Source: Candidatus Fraserbacteria bacterium
GTDB taxonomy: Bacteria; Bipolaricaulota; Bipolaricaulia; RBG-16-55-9
DNA: 19,882 nt
Reading direction: 5' to 3'
Assembly: GCA_037443265.1 (NCBI GenBank)
Contig: JBBIOR010000025.1
Span: 1 to 19,882, forward strand
Shown: piece by piece, positions 6,836 to 14,449 of the stretch
Position numbering within the stretch: position 1 is the stretch's first letter
Layout: each line of letters begins with the position of its first letter
Position numbers and translations under genes: made by a program
Notes under the pieces: model-generated
Told to the model about the DNA's origin: nothing
The model's input: only the letters and a program-made list of their open reading frames with translations
Database searches by the model: none

Positions 6836-8962
6836 ATGAGAGGTCGGACAGGCTTGGGTCCTCTGCTTGCTTTGCTGCTGCTCTTTCTATGGGGTGGGAT
6901 AGAGGATGGGCTGGCGCAGGGGGCTGCGCCCAGCGTCTTTTTCACCTTGGAGCAGGCGGATTTCAGGGCTACCCTGCTGCCGGTGAGGAACGCTCAGGAT
7001 GTGGTCACGTTCTACAACTACACGAATTTCCAATCCAATACCGGGCTTGAGGTCATCGGCCGCAGCCTCTTGTTCATCTATGAGGACACGACAAGCGGCT
7101 CGCTCAGCTTGGTGCTGATTCACAGCCGCGCCAACGGGGGGCCAGGCAGCGTCACCCTGAACTTCTCCGGCTTGCCCCAGGGGGTCCAGTTCCAAGTACA
7201 AGATGACCCGGACGACACATTCACGCTGAACCCGCCCACGGCTCAAGTGATCTGGAACTGGCAGCCCGGCTTCAACGACGGGGCCGCTCTGGGACCTCTG
7301 CCGCAGTCCTTTGAGATCACGATCACTCCGCAATTTAGTTCCGGGGTCACGGAATGGGCGGCCCTCAGCGGCGGGCTGCCCAACCCGGAGAGCATCCTCA
7401 TACCCAGCCTCACGCAGCCGGTCGTGCTGCGCGCTCAGGTGGGGGTGCCTCCCACGGCCGATTTCGTCTTCAGCCCGGAGTCGCCTGGGGTGGGTGTCCC
7501 CATCACCTTTGACGCGCGCCCATCCCGCCCAGCGCCCGGCCGGCAGATCGTACGCTACGAGTGGGATTTCAACGGCGATGGGATCTTTGAGTCCCGGAGT
7601 TCCTCTCCCACTATGACGCAGACGTTCAACCAGGTGGGTGAATTTAGAGTCACGCTCAAAGTGACGGACGACCAGGGGGTGAGCGCCACCGTCACCAAGA
7701 CGGTCCGCGTGGTGGAAGTGAGCGCCCGGGCCACTAGAAGCATCTCCACGCCGGAGGCGGCGGTCGGCTTCACATTCCGCGTGACGATCGAGATCCAGCT
7801 GGGCTTGGCCACCAACGGCTTGGGCTTAGACGAGGATCTGCCGCCAGGCTTTGAAGTGACTCCCATAGACAGCGCGGGAGCCACCTTCAAGCGCGCGGAG
7901 ACCCAGTGGGTCTGGGCTGAGCTCATTCAAGCTAACGAGATCCGTAGAGTCGTCTACGATGTGACGGTCCGGCCCGAGGCAGCTTTGGGGGCTCTGCCGC
8001 GCCGCTTTGAGATCCGTGGGATCATCGAGAGCGCTTCCCCGGCGTTTCACACGGCCGTCACGGGGGAGTCCCAGATCGATCTGGTGGATTGTCTGTCGAT
8101 CCCGGTGGCGATCGCGCATCTTACGGCTCAAGAGATCGTGGATCTTCGGCTCGATGAGTTCATCACGGCGGATCAGCTGCAGCGGGCGGTGGCCTTCTGG
8201 CTGGAGGAGGCGGGCGTGCCTGCCACCTGCAATGCTCTGGTCACTTGGGAGATGCTCAAGGGCCTCGTGGCTCGGCAGCTCTCAGGCACCCCGGTGGATC
8301 AGCCGATTACGGCAGCCTTGACGCAGGGTGCTGCGGTGACACGCATGATTCTTACGCCGCTGCCCTTTGCGCAGGTCTATTTGCCGGGGAACCATGCCGG
8401 GCGCGTCTTCCGAGTACGGCTGGAGATCTCTGTTCTATCGGAGCTGATGGGGTATGGAGTGAAAGAGATCTTCCCGAGCCGCTGGGAGATCCGCCCCATC
8501 GACAATGCTGGGGCAGTCTTTAAGAAGGCCACGCGGGAATGGGTCTTCACAGAGCGACTGGCGCCGGGCGCGGGCCGCGCTATCCTCTATGAAGTGACCG
8601 TTCCCGAGGGAGAGAGCACGGGGACAGTCCGCTTCCAGGGCAAGAGCCAGGGGGTCATCCCCAACTTTGAGGTGCCCACCGGAGGCGACGTGGAAGTCAA
8701 TCTCATCGAGTGTCTGAGCGTGCCGGTGGCTGTGGCGCATCTGGACACGCGCAAGAACGAGATCGACGTGACGCTCTCTAATCTCATCAAGTTCGATCAG
8801 ATCCAAGCGGCGATCGCCTTCTGGCTGGAGGATGTGAACGTCCCCGGCACCTGTGGGCTGACCATCGATTTTGAGACCATGAAAGTGTTGATAGCCCACT
8901 GGCTCACAGACACTCCGGTGGATAAGCCGTTGCCGGGTGGGGTGGCCCTGCCGGGAAGATAA
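6836..8962 (+). CDS. secreted modular surface protein A: signal peptide, unknown beta domain, PKD, then 2x [beta-sandwich module + dockerin-like helical module]
   Basis: 708 aa. Sec signal MRGRTG-LLALLLLFLW...GLA|Q. PKD at about 7448-7717 (PTADF, RYEWDFNGDG, VTLKVTDDQG). An internal duplication with a 207-aa period is visible (CLSIPVAIAHL at 8090, CLSVPVAVAHL at 8711). Confidence 0.85.
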   Translation: MRGRTGLGPLLALLLLFLWGGIEDGLAQGAAPSVFFTLEQADFRATLLPVRNAQDVVTFYNYTNFQSNTGLEVIGRSLLFIYEDTTSGSLSLVLIHSRANGGPGSVTLNFSGLPQGVQFQVQDDPDDTFTLNPPTAQVIWNWQPGFNDGAALGPLPQSFEITITPQFSSGVTEWAALSGGLPNPESILIPSLTQPVVLRAQVGVPPTADFVFSPESPGVGVPITFDARPSRPAPGRQIVRYEWDFNGDGIFESRSSSPTMTQTFNQVGEFRVTLKVTDDQGVSATVTKTVRVVEVSARATRSISTPEAAVGFTFRVTIEIQLGLATNGLGLDEDLPPGFEVTPIDSAGATFKRAETQWVWAELIQANEIRRVVYDVTVRPEAALGALPRRFEIRGIIESASPAFHTAVTGESQIDLVDCLSIPVAIAHLTAQEIVDLRLDEFITADQLQRAVAFWLEEAGVPATCNALVTWEMLKGLVARQLSGTPVDQPITAALTQGAAVTRMILTPLPFAQVYLPGNHAGRVFRVRLEISVLSELMGYGVKEIFPSRWEIRPIDNAGAVFKKATREWVFTERLAPGAGRAILYEVTVPEGESTGTVRFQGKSQGVIPNFEVPTGGDVEVNLIECLSVPVAVAHLDTRKNEIDVTLSNLIKFDQIQAAIAFWLEDVNVPGTCGLTIDFETMKVLIAHWLTDTPVDKPLPGGVALPGR
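7727..8929 (+). repeat. tandem protein-level duplication (2 x ~207 aa) within surface protein A
   Basis: Paired segments: PIDSAGATFKRAETQWV / PIDNAGAVFKKATREWV; YDVTV / YEVTV; DQLQRAVAFWLEEAGVPATC / DQIQAAIAFWLEDVNVPGTC; TPVDQP / TPVDKP. Confidence 0.9.
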
Positions 8963-8998
8963 GCTAAGCAGAGAAGGGGTTGAAAAGGAGGTTGGAAA

Positions 8999-10921
8999 AT
9001 GGGCATGGTTAGCCGGGTTCATCGGGCGGTGTGGACGATCCTGGCCGCCCTGCTGCTGGTGGGAGCCCTCGGGCTTATCGGCTACGAGCAGGGCATCTCT
9101 TCGCTCGCTTTGCGCCAGACGATCGAGCCGGAGAGGATCTTTCTGAAGGGCTCTGGGGTGAGCCCCGAGGTGGCCACCGTGACGCTCCAGCTGGAAGCTC
9201 CGGGCCGGGAGGAGCACCTGAAGGCCGATGTGATGATAGTCATAGACCGCTCGGCCAGCTTCGAGTTGGATCAGGCTGCCCAAGCCGCCCTGCGCATCGT
9301 CGATCTTCTAGGGCCGGACGATCGCGTGGGTCTGGTCTCCTTCGCCACCGAGGGCCGGCTGGATGTGCGCCTGACCCCTGTGTCGGAGGCCAAGAGCATC
9401 ATCCAGGGCGCACTGGCCCGACTCGTCGACGAGGGCAAGACAGCCCTGGGCGAGGGGATCGCCGTGGCTACCAGTGAGCTGGTGCGGGCCGGACGCTCGG
9501 AGGCCGCTCTCCTCGAGATCCTGCTGACGGACGGTCGGACGAACTTCGGAAGAGACCCGTTGGAGGAGGCCCGCCGGGCCGCTGAGCAGAACGTGATAAT
9601 TCATGCTGTCGGAGTCGGCCGCTTCGTCAATCGAGATCTGCTCACCCAGATTGCCGAGCTGACCGGAGGCCAATTCTTCCCGGCGTTCAGCGATGCCATC
9701 GTCGATCAGATCCGCCAGGTCACGGCTCCCATCGGCCAGCCCCTGGCCACCCGCCTTGAGATCACAGAAACCCTCTCTAAAGGCCTCCAGTATGAAGAGG
9801 CCTTGGAAAACCCGCCCACACGGGTCACAAGAAACGCCGATGGGACCACGACGCTCCTCTGGCAGTTGTCCGAGCTACAGGCCGGAGAGAGCTGGATGAG
9901 CCGCTACACGGTGAGCGGCAGTGAGGTGGGGATCTTCTCGCTCCACCGCTCTCCCTCGTCTGTTCAATATAGGGATTTCCGCGGTCGGTTGATCCAGAGG
10001 GATCTGGGGGATCTGCGGCTGGAGGTCCGTCCTCGGCCGCCGCGGGTCCGCGCGGAGTTTCGCTTTACTCCGACGAATCCCACGTCCCTGGACGTGATTC
10101 AGTTCACGGATCAGTCCACGGTGGAGCAGGGCCAGATCACGAGCTGGCTGTGGGACTTCGGAGATGGCACGACTTCCACCGAGCGAAATCCCACGCATCG
10201 CTACGCGGCCGATGGGCAGTATGTCGTGAGGCTCACGGTCACCAGTGATCAAGGAGTCGAAGAGGGAGCGAGCGTCACTATCACGGTAGCGACCCCTCGG
10301 GTGACGGCCCGACGCCTGATCGACACATTCATTCCCGTCGACGAGACCATCCCCGGCCAGACGTTCCGTGTGAGAGTCGATCTACAAGTGACCGTGAGGC
10401 TCAACGGCCTGGGTCTGGATGAGAACGTGCCGGAGGGCTGGACGGTCAAGCCCATCGAGAACTCCAGCGCGGAGTTGCGCTTGGAGGACGCGCAATGGCT
10501 CTTCAGCGAGGTCCTTGAGCCAGGCACGGTCAAGACGATTCTCTACGAAGTGACAGTCCCTTCCAATCAGAGGGCGGGAACGTTCCGCATTGACGGGACG
10601 GTGAGCAGCGCCTCTCCGCAATTGAGCCTCCCTGTCACGGGCGACACCCAGATTGAGGTCCTCTCGGGTTTTCCGATTCCGGTGGTGGTAGCCCACTGGG
10701 ACGCCAGCACTCAGGCCCTGGATCTTAGGGGCTATCCCACGCATAAGATCAACTTGAATCAGATCCTGCAGGCCATCTCCTGGTGGCGCGAGGGCAGCGA
10801 AGTCCCGTTCACGGAGGATGAGGCGGGCCGGAAGCAGAAGATCGATTTCAAGGCGGTCCAGCAGCTGGTGGCCTATTGGCTCACGGACACGTCCGTCTTC
10901 GATTCGCTCCCGCAGGAATGA
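8999..10921 (+). CDS. secreted modular surface protein B: signal peptide, Ig-like domain with inserted vWA, PKD, beta-sandwich module, dockerin-like module
   Basis: 640 aa, Shine-Dalgarno AAGGAGGT, hydrophobic N-terminus. vWA with an intact MIDAS (VIDRSAS, KTALGEG, LLTDG). PKD (FTDQS, WLWDFGDGTTSTERNPTHRY). C-terminal modules are homologous to those of protein A. Confidence 0.88.
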   Translation: MGMVSRVHRAVWTILAALLLVGALGLIGYEQGISSLALRQTIEPERIFLKGSGVSPEVATVTLQLEAPGREEHLKADVMIVIDRSASFELDQAAQAALRIVDLLGPDDRVGLVSFATEGRLDVRLTPVSEAKSIIQGALARLVDEGKTALGEGIAVATSELVRAGRSEAALLEILLTDGRTNFGRDPLEEARRAAEQNVIIHAVGVGRFVNRDLLTQIAELTGGQFFPAFSDAIVDQIRQVTAPIGQPLATRLEITETLSKGLQYEEALENPPTRVTRNADGTTTLLWQLSELQAGESWMSRYTVSGSEVGIFSLHRSPSSVQYRDFRGRLIQRDLGDLRLEVRPRPPRVRAEFRFTPTNPTSLDVIQFTDQSTVEQGQITSWLWDFGDGTTSTERNPTHRYAADGQYVVRLTVTSDQGVEEGASVTITVATPRVTARRLIDTFIPVDETIPGQTFRVRVDLQVTVRLNGLGLDENVPEGWTVKPIENSSAELRLEDAQWLFSEVLEPGTVKTILYEVTVPSNQRAGTFRIDGTVSSASPQLSLPVTGDTQIEVLSGFPIPVVVAHWDASTQALDLRGYPTHKINLNQILQAISWWREGSEVPFTEDEAGRKQKIDFKAVQQLVAYWLTDTSVFDSLPQE

Positions 10922-10943
10922 GCAGAGCAAAGGAGTGGGAGAA

Positions 10944-11651
10944 GTGAAGCGCGTACTTTGGGCCATTTTAGTCGGGTTCTCCTGGCTGGTGGGAGGAACT
11001 TTTACGCAGGCGGCACCACAGGCGGATTTCAGCTTCTCTCCAGAGAATCCTGACATCAACACCGAAGTGATTTTCGATGCGGGTCTATCGCGCTCTTCGG
11101 AGGGGCGCATCCTGCGCTACGAGTGGGACTTCGACGCGGATGGGCAGTTCGAGGAGAGCCTGGAGAGTCCCAGCTTGAGCCATCTCTTTGATGAGAGCGG
11201 ATCTTGGACGATCACGCTGCGCGTGAGGGATGAGCGGGGCCAGCAGGCGACGATCACCAAGGCAATTTCAGTACGTTCTGCGGCGGTGAGGGTCCGTCGG
11301 CAGATCACGGCTCCCATTTTTCCCAATCGAGTCCCGGCGGGCTCGGCGTTTCAGGTGACGGTGATGATCAAGGCCTTCCAGGCGATCAATGGCCTGGGGC
11401 TGGATGAGGATCTGCCTGAGGGCTGGCGGGTGAGCTCCGTCGAGTCGAGCCGGGCCGTCTTTAAGGGCTCTGAGGCCCAATGGCTCTGGTTCCAGACGAT
11501 CAATCCCGGAGAGACCGTCAAAGTGATCTACAACGTGACGGTGCCTGCGGGCACACCGGCGGGCGCCTTCAAGATCAAAGGGATCGTGAGCAGCTTCTCG
11601 CCCCGCTTTGAGATCTCCATCCCTGGGGATCGCGAGGTGCAGGTCATTTAG
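10944..11651 (+). CDS. secreted modular surface protein C: signal peptide, PKD, beta-sandwich module
   Basis: GTG 10944 after AAGGAG gives MKRVLWAILVGFSWLVGGTFTQA|APQADF (235 aa). PKD (RYEWDFDADG) and module NGLGLDEDLPEGWRV. The track's 10818 start lies inside gene B and is not credible. Confidence 0.85.
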   Translation: MKRVLWAILVGFSWLVGGTFTQAAPQADFSFSPENPDINTEVIFDAGLSRSSEGRILRYEWDFDADGQFEESLESPSLSHLFDESGSWTITLRVRDERGQQATITKAISVRSAAVRVRRQITAPIFPNRVPAGSAFQVTVMIKAFQAINGLGLDEDLPEGWRVSSVESSRAVFKGSEAQWLWFQTINPGETVKVIYNVTVPAGTPAGAFKIKGIVSSFSPRFEISIPGDREVQVI

Positions 11652-14394
11652 TCCCGCAGCAGTGCTTGTATTTCTTGCCTGAGCCGCAGGGGCAGGGATC
11701 GTTCCGCCCGACTTTTTGGACCCTTCGAGGCTGCTTAGGAGCCTTGACGGCCGTGGCCCCGGCCGCCGCGCTGGCGGGCTGGCCATCGGCTCCGGCCAGG
11801 GCACTTGCGCCCTCATGCTGATAGCGCAGATCCCCAAAGCCCGCCCGCGCCGCCACCGGCGCCGCTTCCACTCTCAAGACGGGCTTGATGAGATAGTTGA
11901 TGATCTGCTCCTCCACACGACTCAGCATCTCCTGGAAGAGTCGGAAGGACTCGCTTCTAAACTCCACCAGCGGATCGCGCCCCTGATAGGCCCGCCAGCC
12001 CACGCCTTCTCTTAGATCATCGAGCGCATACAGATGCTGTCGCCAGTTCTCATCTATGATATTTAAAATCATGAAGCGCGCCAGGCGGGCGAAGTGCTCG
12101 CCCAAGCGCTCTTTCTGCACATGATAGTTCTCTTTAAGAAACTCGAAGATTTGCTCTTGCATTTCAGGGAGTTTCACGCCTTCCTCAAAGACGCCGGTGA
12201 AGCGCGCGTTCTGAAAATTGCCGAGTTCTTTGGCCAGGCCCGCCAGATCCCACAGGTGCGGGCGATTCGGTTCAGGGCAGTAGCGCTCCAGAAGCGTCTG
12301 CGTGTAGCTCTCTAAGACTCCGGTGAGGTACTCCTCGAGGTCTCTTGCGCTCGCTTGGTCCTCGCGTCCCAGTAGAAATCGATTGCGCAGCGCATAGATG
12401 GCCTCGCGCTGGCGGGCCATCACGGCGTCGTACTCTAATAATCTCTTGCGGATCGAGAAATTATGAGCTTCGACCCGCTGCTGGGCCGTGCGAATGGCTT
12501 TGGTAAGAAGCCCGTGCTCTAGCCTTTCGCCTTCGGCCAGGCCGTTCATCGCCCATTGGATCATCTTCTGCTCGCCGAAGAGTCTTAGAAGGTCATCTTC
12601 CAGCGAGACGTAGAACTGAGAGGAGCCAGGGTCACCTTGACGTCCGGAGCGGCCGCGCAGCTGATCGTCAATCCTTCTCGACTCGTGGCGCTGGGCCCCG
12701 ATCACGTGCAGGCCGCCCAGGCGCACCACTTGCCCGTGCTCTTCCGCACACTCTCTGCGCTTCTGATCCAGAATCTCCTCGTAGTGCCGTTGCCAGTCGG
12801 CCAACGCCTTTTGATAGTCACCCATGCGCCTGAACTCGTGCGGCTCGGGGGGCGGACCGGCCTCCTCGCGCGCCAGATACTCGGGGTTTCCCCCCAGGAG
12901 GATATCTACGCCCCGGCCGGCCATGTTCGTGGCTACTGTGATCGCACCCTGGCGCCCGGCCTGCGCAATGATCATAGCTTCCTTCTCATGGTGCTTGGCG
13001 TTGAGCACCTGATGAGGCAGCCCGCGCTTCTTTAAGAGTTGGCTCAAATATTCCGATTTCTCAATGGACGTCGTCCCGATGAGCACCGGCCGCCCCTGTT
13101 TGTGCAAGCGCTCAATCTCATCGGCAATGGCATTGAATTTCTCTCGCTCCGTCTTGAAGAGCACATCCGGCATGTCCAGGCGAATCATGGGCTTATGGGT
13201 GGGGATGACCACGACATCGAGGCCGTAGATCTCTTTGAATTCTTCTTCTTCGGTGGCGGCCGTGCCTGTCATGCCCGCCAGGCCCTTATATAATCTGAAA
13301 TAGTGCTGGAGCGTGATCTGGGCGAGCGTCTGTGACTCGCGGCGGATCTGCAGGCCCTCCTTGGCTTCGAGAGCCTGATGGAGCCCTTCGCTATAGCGAC
13401 GATCTTCCATTAAGCGCCCGGTGAACTCATCCACGATGACCACGCGGCCGTCTTTTAGAATATAATCGACGTCTTTGTGGTAGAGATGCCGGGCGCGCAA
13501 CGCCAGCTCCAGATGGTGCAGGAGCTCCACATGCTGCGGCGCGTAGATGTTCTCTATATTTAAGAGCTCTTCCGCCCGGCGGACGCCCTCTTCCGTAAGA
13601 TGAATCCGGCGGGTCTTCTCGTCCAGCTCAAAGTCTCGATCCTTCTGGAAGCGCGGGGCCAGCTTGGCAAATTGCTTATAAAGCTTGGCCGATTCCGAGG
13701 TCGAGCCCGAGATGATCAGCGGCGTTCGGGCCTCATCAATGAGGATATTATCGATCTCATCGACGATGGCGTAATCTAAGCCGGTCTGGACCCGCTGGTC
13801 CCACGAGGCGACCAGATTGTCTCTCAGATAATCGAAGCCGAATTGCGTATTGGTGCCATAAATAATATCGCACTGATAGGCCCGTTTGCGCTCCTCGATG
13901 CTCGTATCCTCCTGCAGGAGGCCCACGCTGAGGCCCAAATGCTCATAGATGGGCCCCATCCACGCGCGGTCGCGCTTGGCCAGATAATCATTGACCGTGA
14001 CGATGTGGACTTTCCCGGCGAGCGCGTTCAGATACGCCGGCATGGTGGCCACCAGCGTCTTGCCTTCGCCCGTCTTCATCTCGGCAATTCTGCGCTGGTG
14101 GAGGACCACGCCTCCCAGCACTTGCACGTCATAGGGGCGCAGGCCCACTTTGCGATGGGCCACCTCGCGCACCACGGCAAAGGCCTCCGGCAAGAGATCA
14201 TCCAGTGTCTCGCCCTCCTCGAGTCTAGCCCTGAACTCTTGGGTTTTGGCGGCCAGCTGCGCATCGCTGAGACGCTTCATCTCGTCTTCTAGAGCGTTGA
14301 CTTGCTCCAGATAGGGCTGGAGGCGCTTGAGCTTCTGTTCGTGGGTCTCGCCGAAGATGCGGTCGACCGTGCGCTTGATCATCTCAAGTACCAT
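11644..14394 (-). CDS. secA: preprotein translocase ATPase SecA
   Basis: Motifs: EMKTGEGKT, VTVNDYLAKRD, DEIDNILIDEARTPLIISG, TNMAGRG, QLRGRSGRQGDPG, C-terminal SEC-C motif GRNDPCPCGSGKKYKHCCG. ATG 14394 has an upstream GAGG; ATG 14412 lies upstream of the predicted transcription start. Confidence 0.98.
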   Translation of the reverse strand: MVLEMIKRTVDRIFGETHEQKLKRLQPYLEQVNALEDEMKRLSDAQLAAKTQEFRARLEEGETLDDLLPEAFAVVREVAHRKVGLRPYDVQVLGGVVLHQRRIAEMKTGEGKTLVATMPAYLNALAGKVHIVTVNDYLAKRDRAWMGPIYEHLGLSVGLLQEDTSIEERKRAYQCDIIYGTNTQFGFDYLRDNLVASWDQRVQTGLDYAIVDEIDNILIDEARTPLIISGSTSESAKLYKQFAKLAPRFQKDRDFELDEKTRRIHLTEEGVRRAEELLNIENIYAPQHVELLHHLELALRARHLYHKDVDYILKDGRVVIVDEFTGRLMEDRRYSEGLHQALEAKEGLQIRRESQTLAQITLQHYFRLYKGLAGMTGTAATEEEEFKEIYGLDVVVIPTHKPMIRLDMPDVLFKTEREKFNAIADEIERLHKQGRPVLIGTTSIEKSEYLSQLLKKRGLPHQVLNAKHHEKEAMIIAQAGRQGAITVATNMAGRGVDILLGGNPEYLAREEAGPPPEPHEFRRMGDYQKALADWQRHYEEILDQKRRECAEEHGQVVRLGGLHVIGAQRHESRRIDDQLRGRSGRQGDPGSSQFYVSLEDDLLRLFGEQKMIQWAMNGLAEGERLEHGLLTKAIRTAQQRVEAHNFSIRKRLLEYDAVMARQREAIYALRNRFLLGREDQASARDLEEYLTGVLESYTQTLLERYCPEPNRPHLWDLAGLAKELGNFQNARFTGVFEEGVKLPEMQEQIFEFLKENYHVQKERLGEHFARLARFMILNIIDENWRQHLYALDDLREGVGWRAYQGRDPLVEFRSESFRLFQEMLSRVEEQIINYLIKPVLRVEAAPVAARAGFGDLRYQHEGASALAGADGQPASAAAGATAVKAPKQPRRVQKVGRNDPCPCGSGKKYKHCCGTK

Positions 14395-14414
14395 GGGAGA
14401 ATCGCCTCGCATCG

Positions 14415-14443
14415 ATTGTAGGTGAGTGCGCCGCGCATATCAA
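14415..14443 (-). promoter_or_regulatory. sigma70-type promoter for secA
   Basis: Minus strand: TTGATA (14443-14438), 17 nt, TACAAT (14420-14415), inside the 55-bp intergenic gap. Confidence 0.72.
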
Positions 14444-14449
14444 GCCGAC

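Noticed and set aside
6694..7050. 118-aa ORF after rplM as a divergent rpsI or leader gene
   Set aside because: It has no S9 motifs, runs through the promoter elements, and overlaps gene A out of frame.
8435..9283. Long antisense or alternative-frame ORFs (this 282-aa one, 204-809, 10382-11110, 14757-15362, 17627-18178 and others)
   Set aside because: They overlap well-supported genes, lack motifs, and are expected shadows of GC-rich codon usage.
6836..11651. True cellulosome, or diversity-generating retroelement target, explaining the repeats
   Set aside because: No glycoside hydrolases, CBMs or canonical Ca-binding dockerin loops are visible. The repeats are diverged at synonymous sites rather than adenine-specific, and there is no reverse transcriptase in the window.
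11644..14394. Accessory SecA2 dedicated to glycoprotein export
   Set aside because: The protein is full length with the C-terminal SEC-C Zn motif and its own promoter, with no secY2, asp or gtf genes. It looks like canonical SecA.
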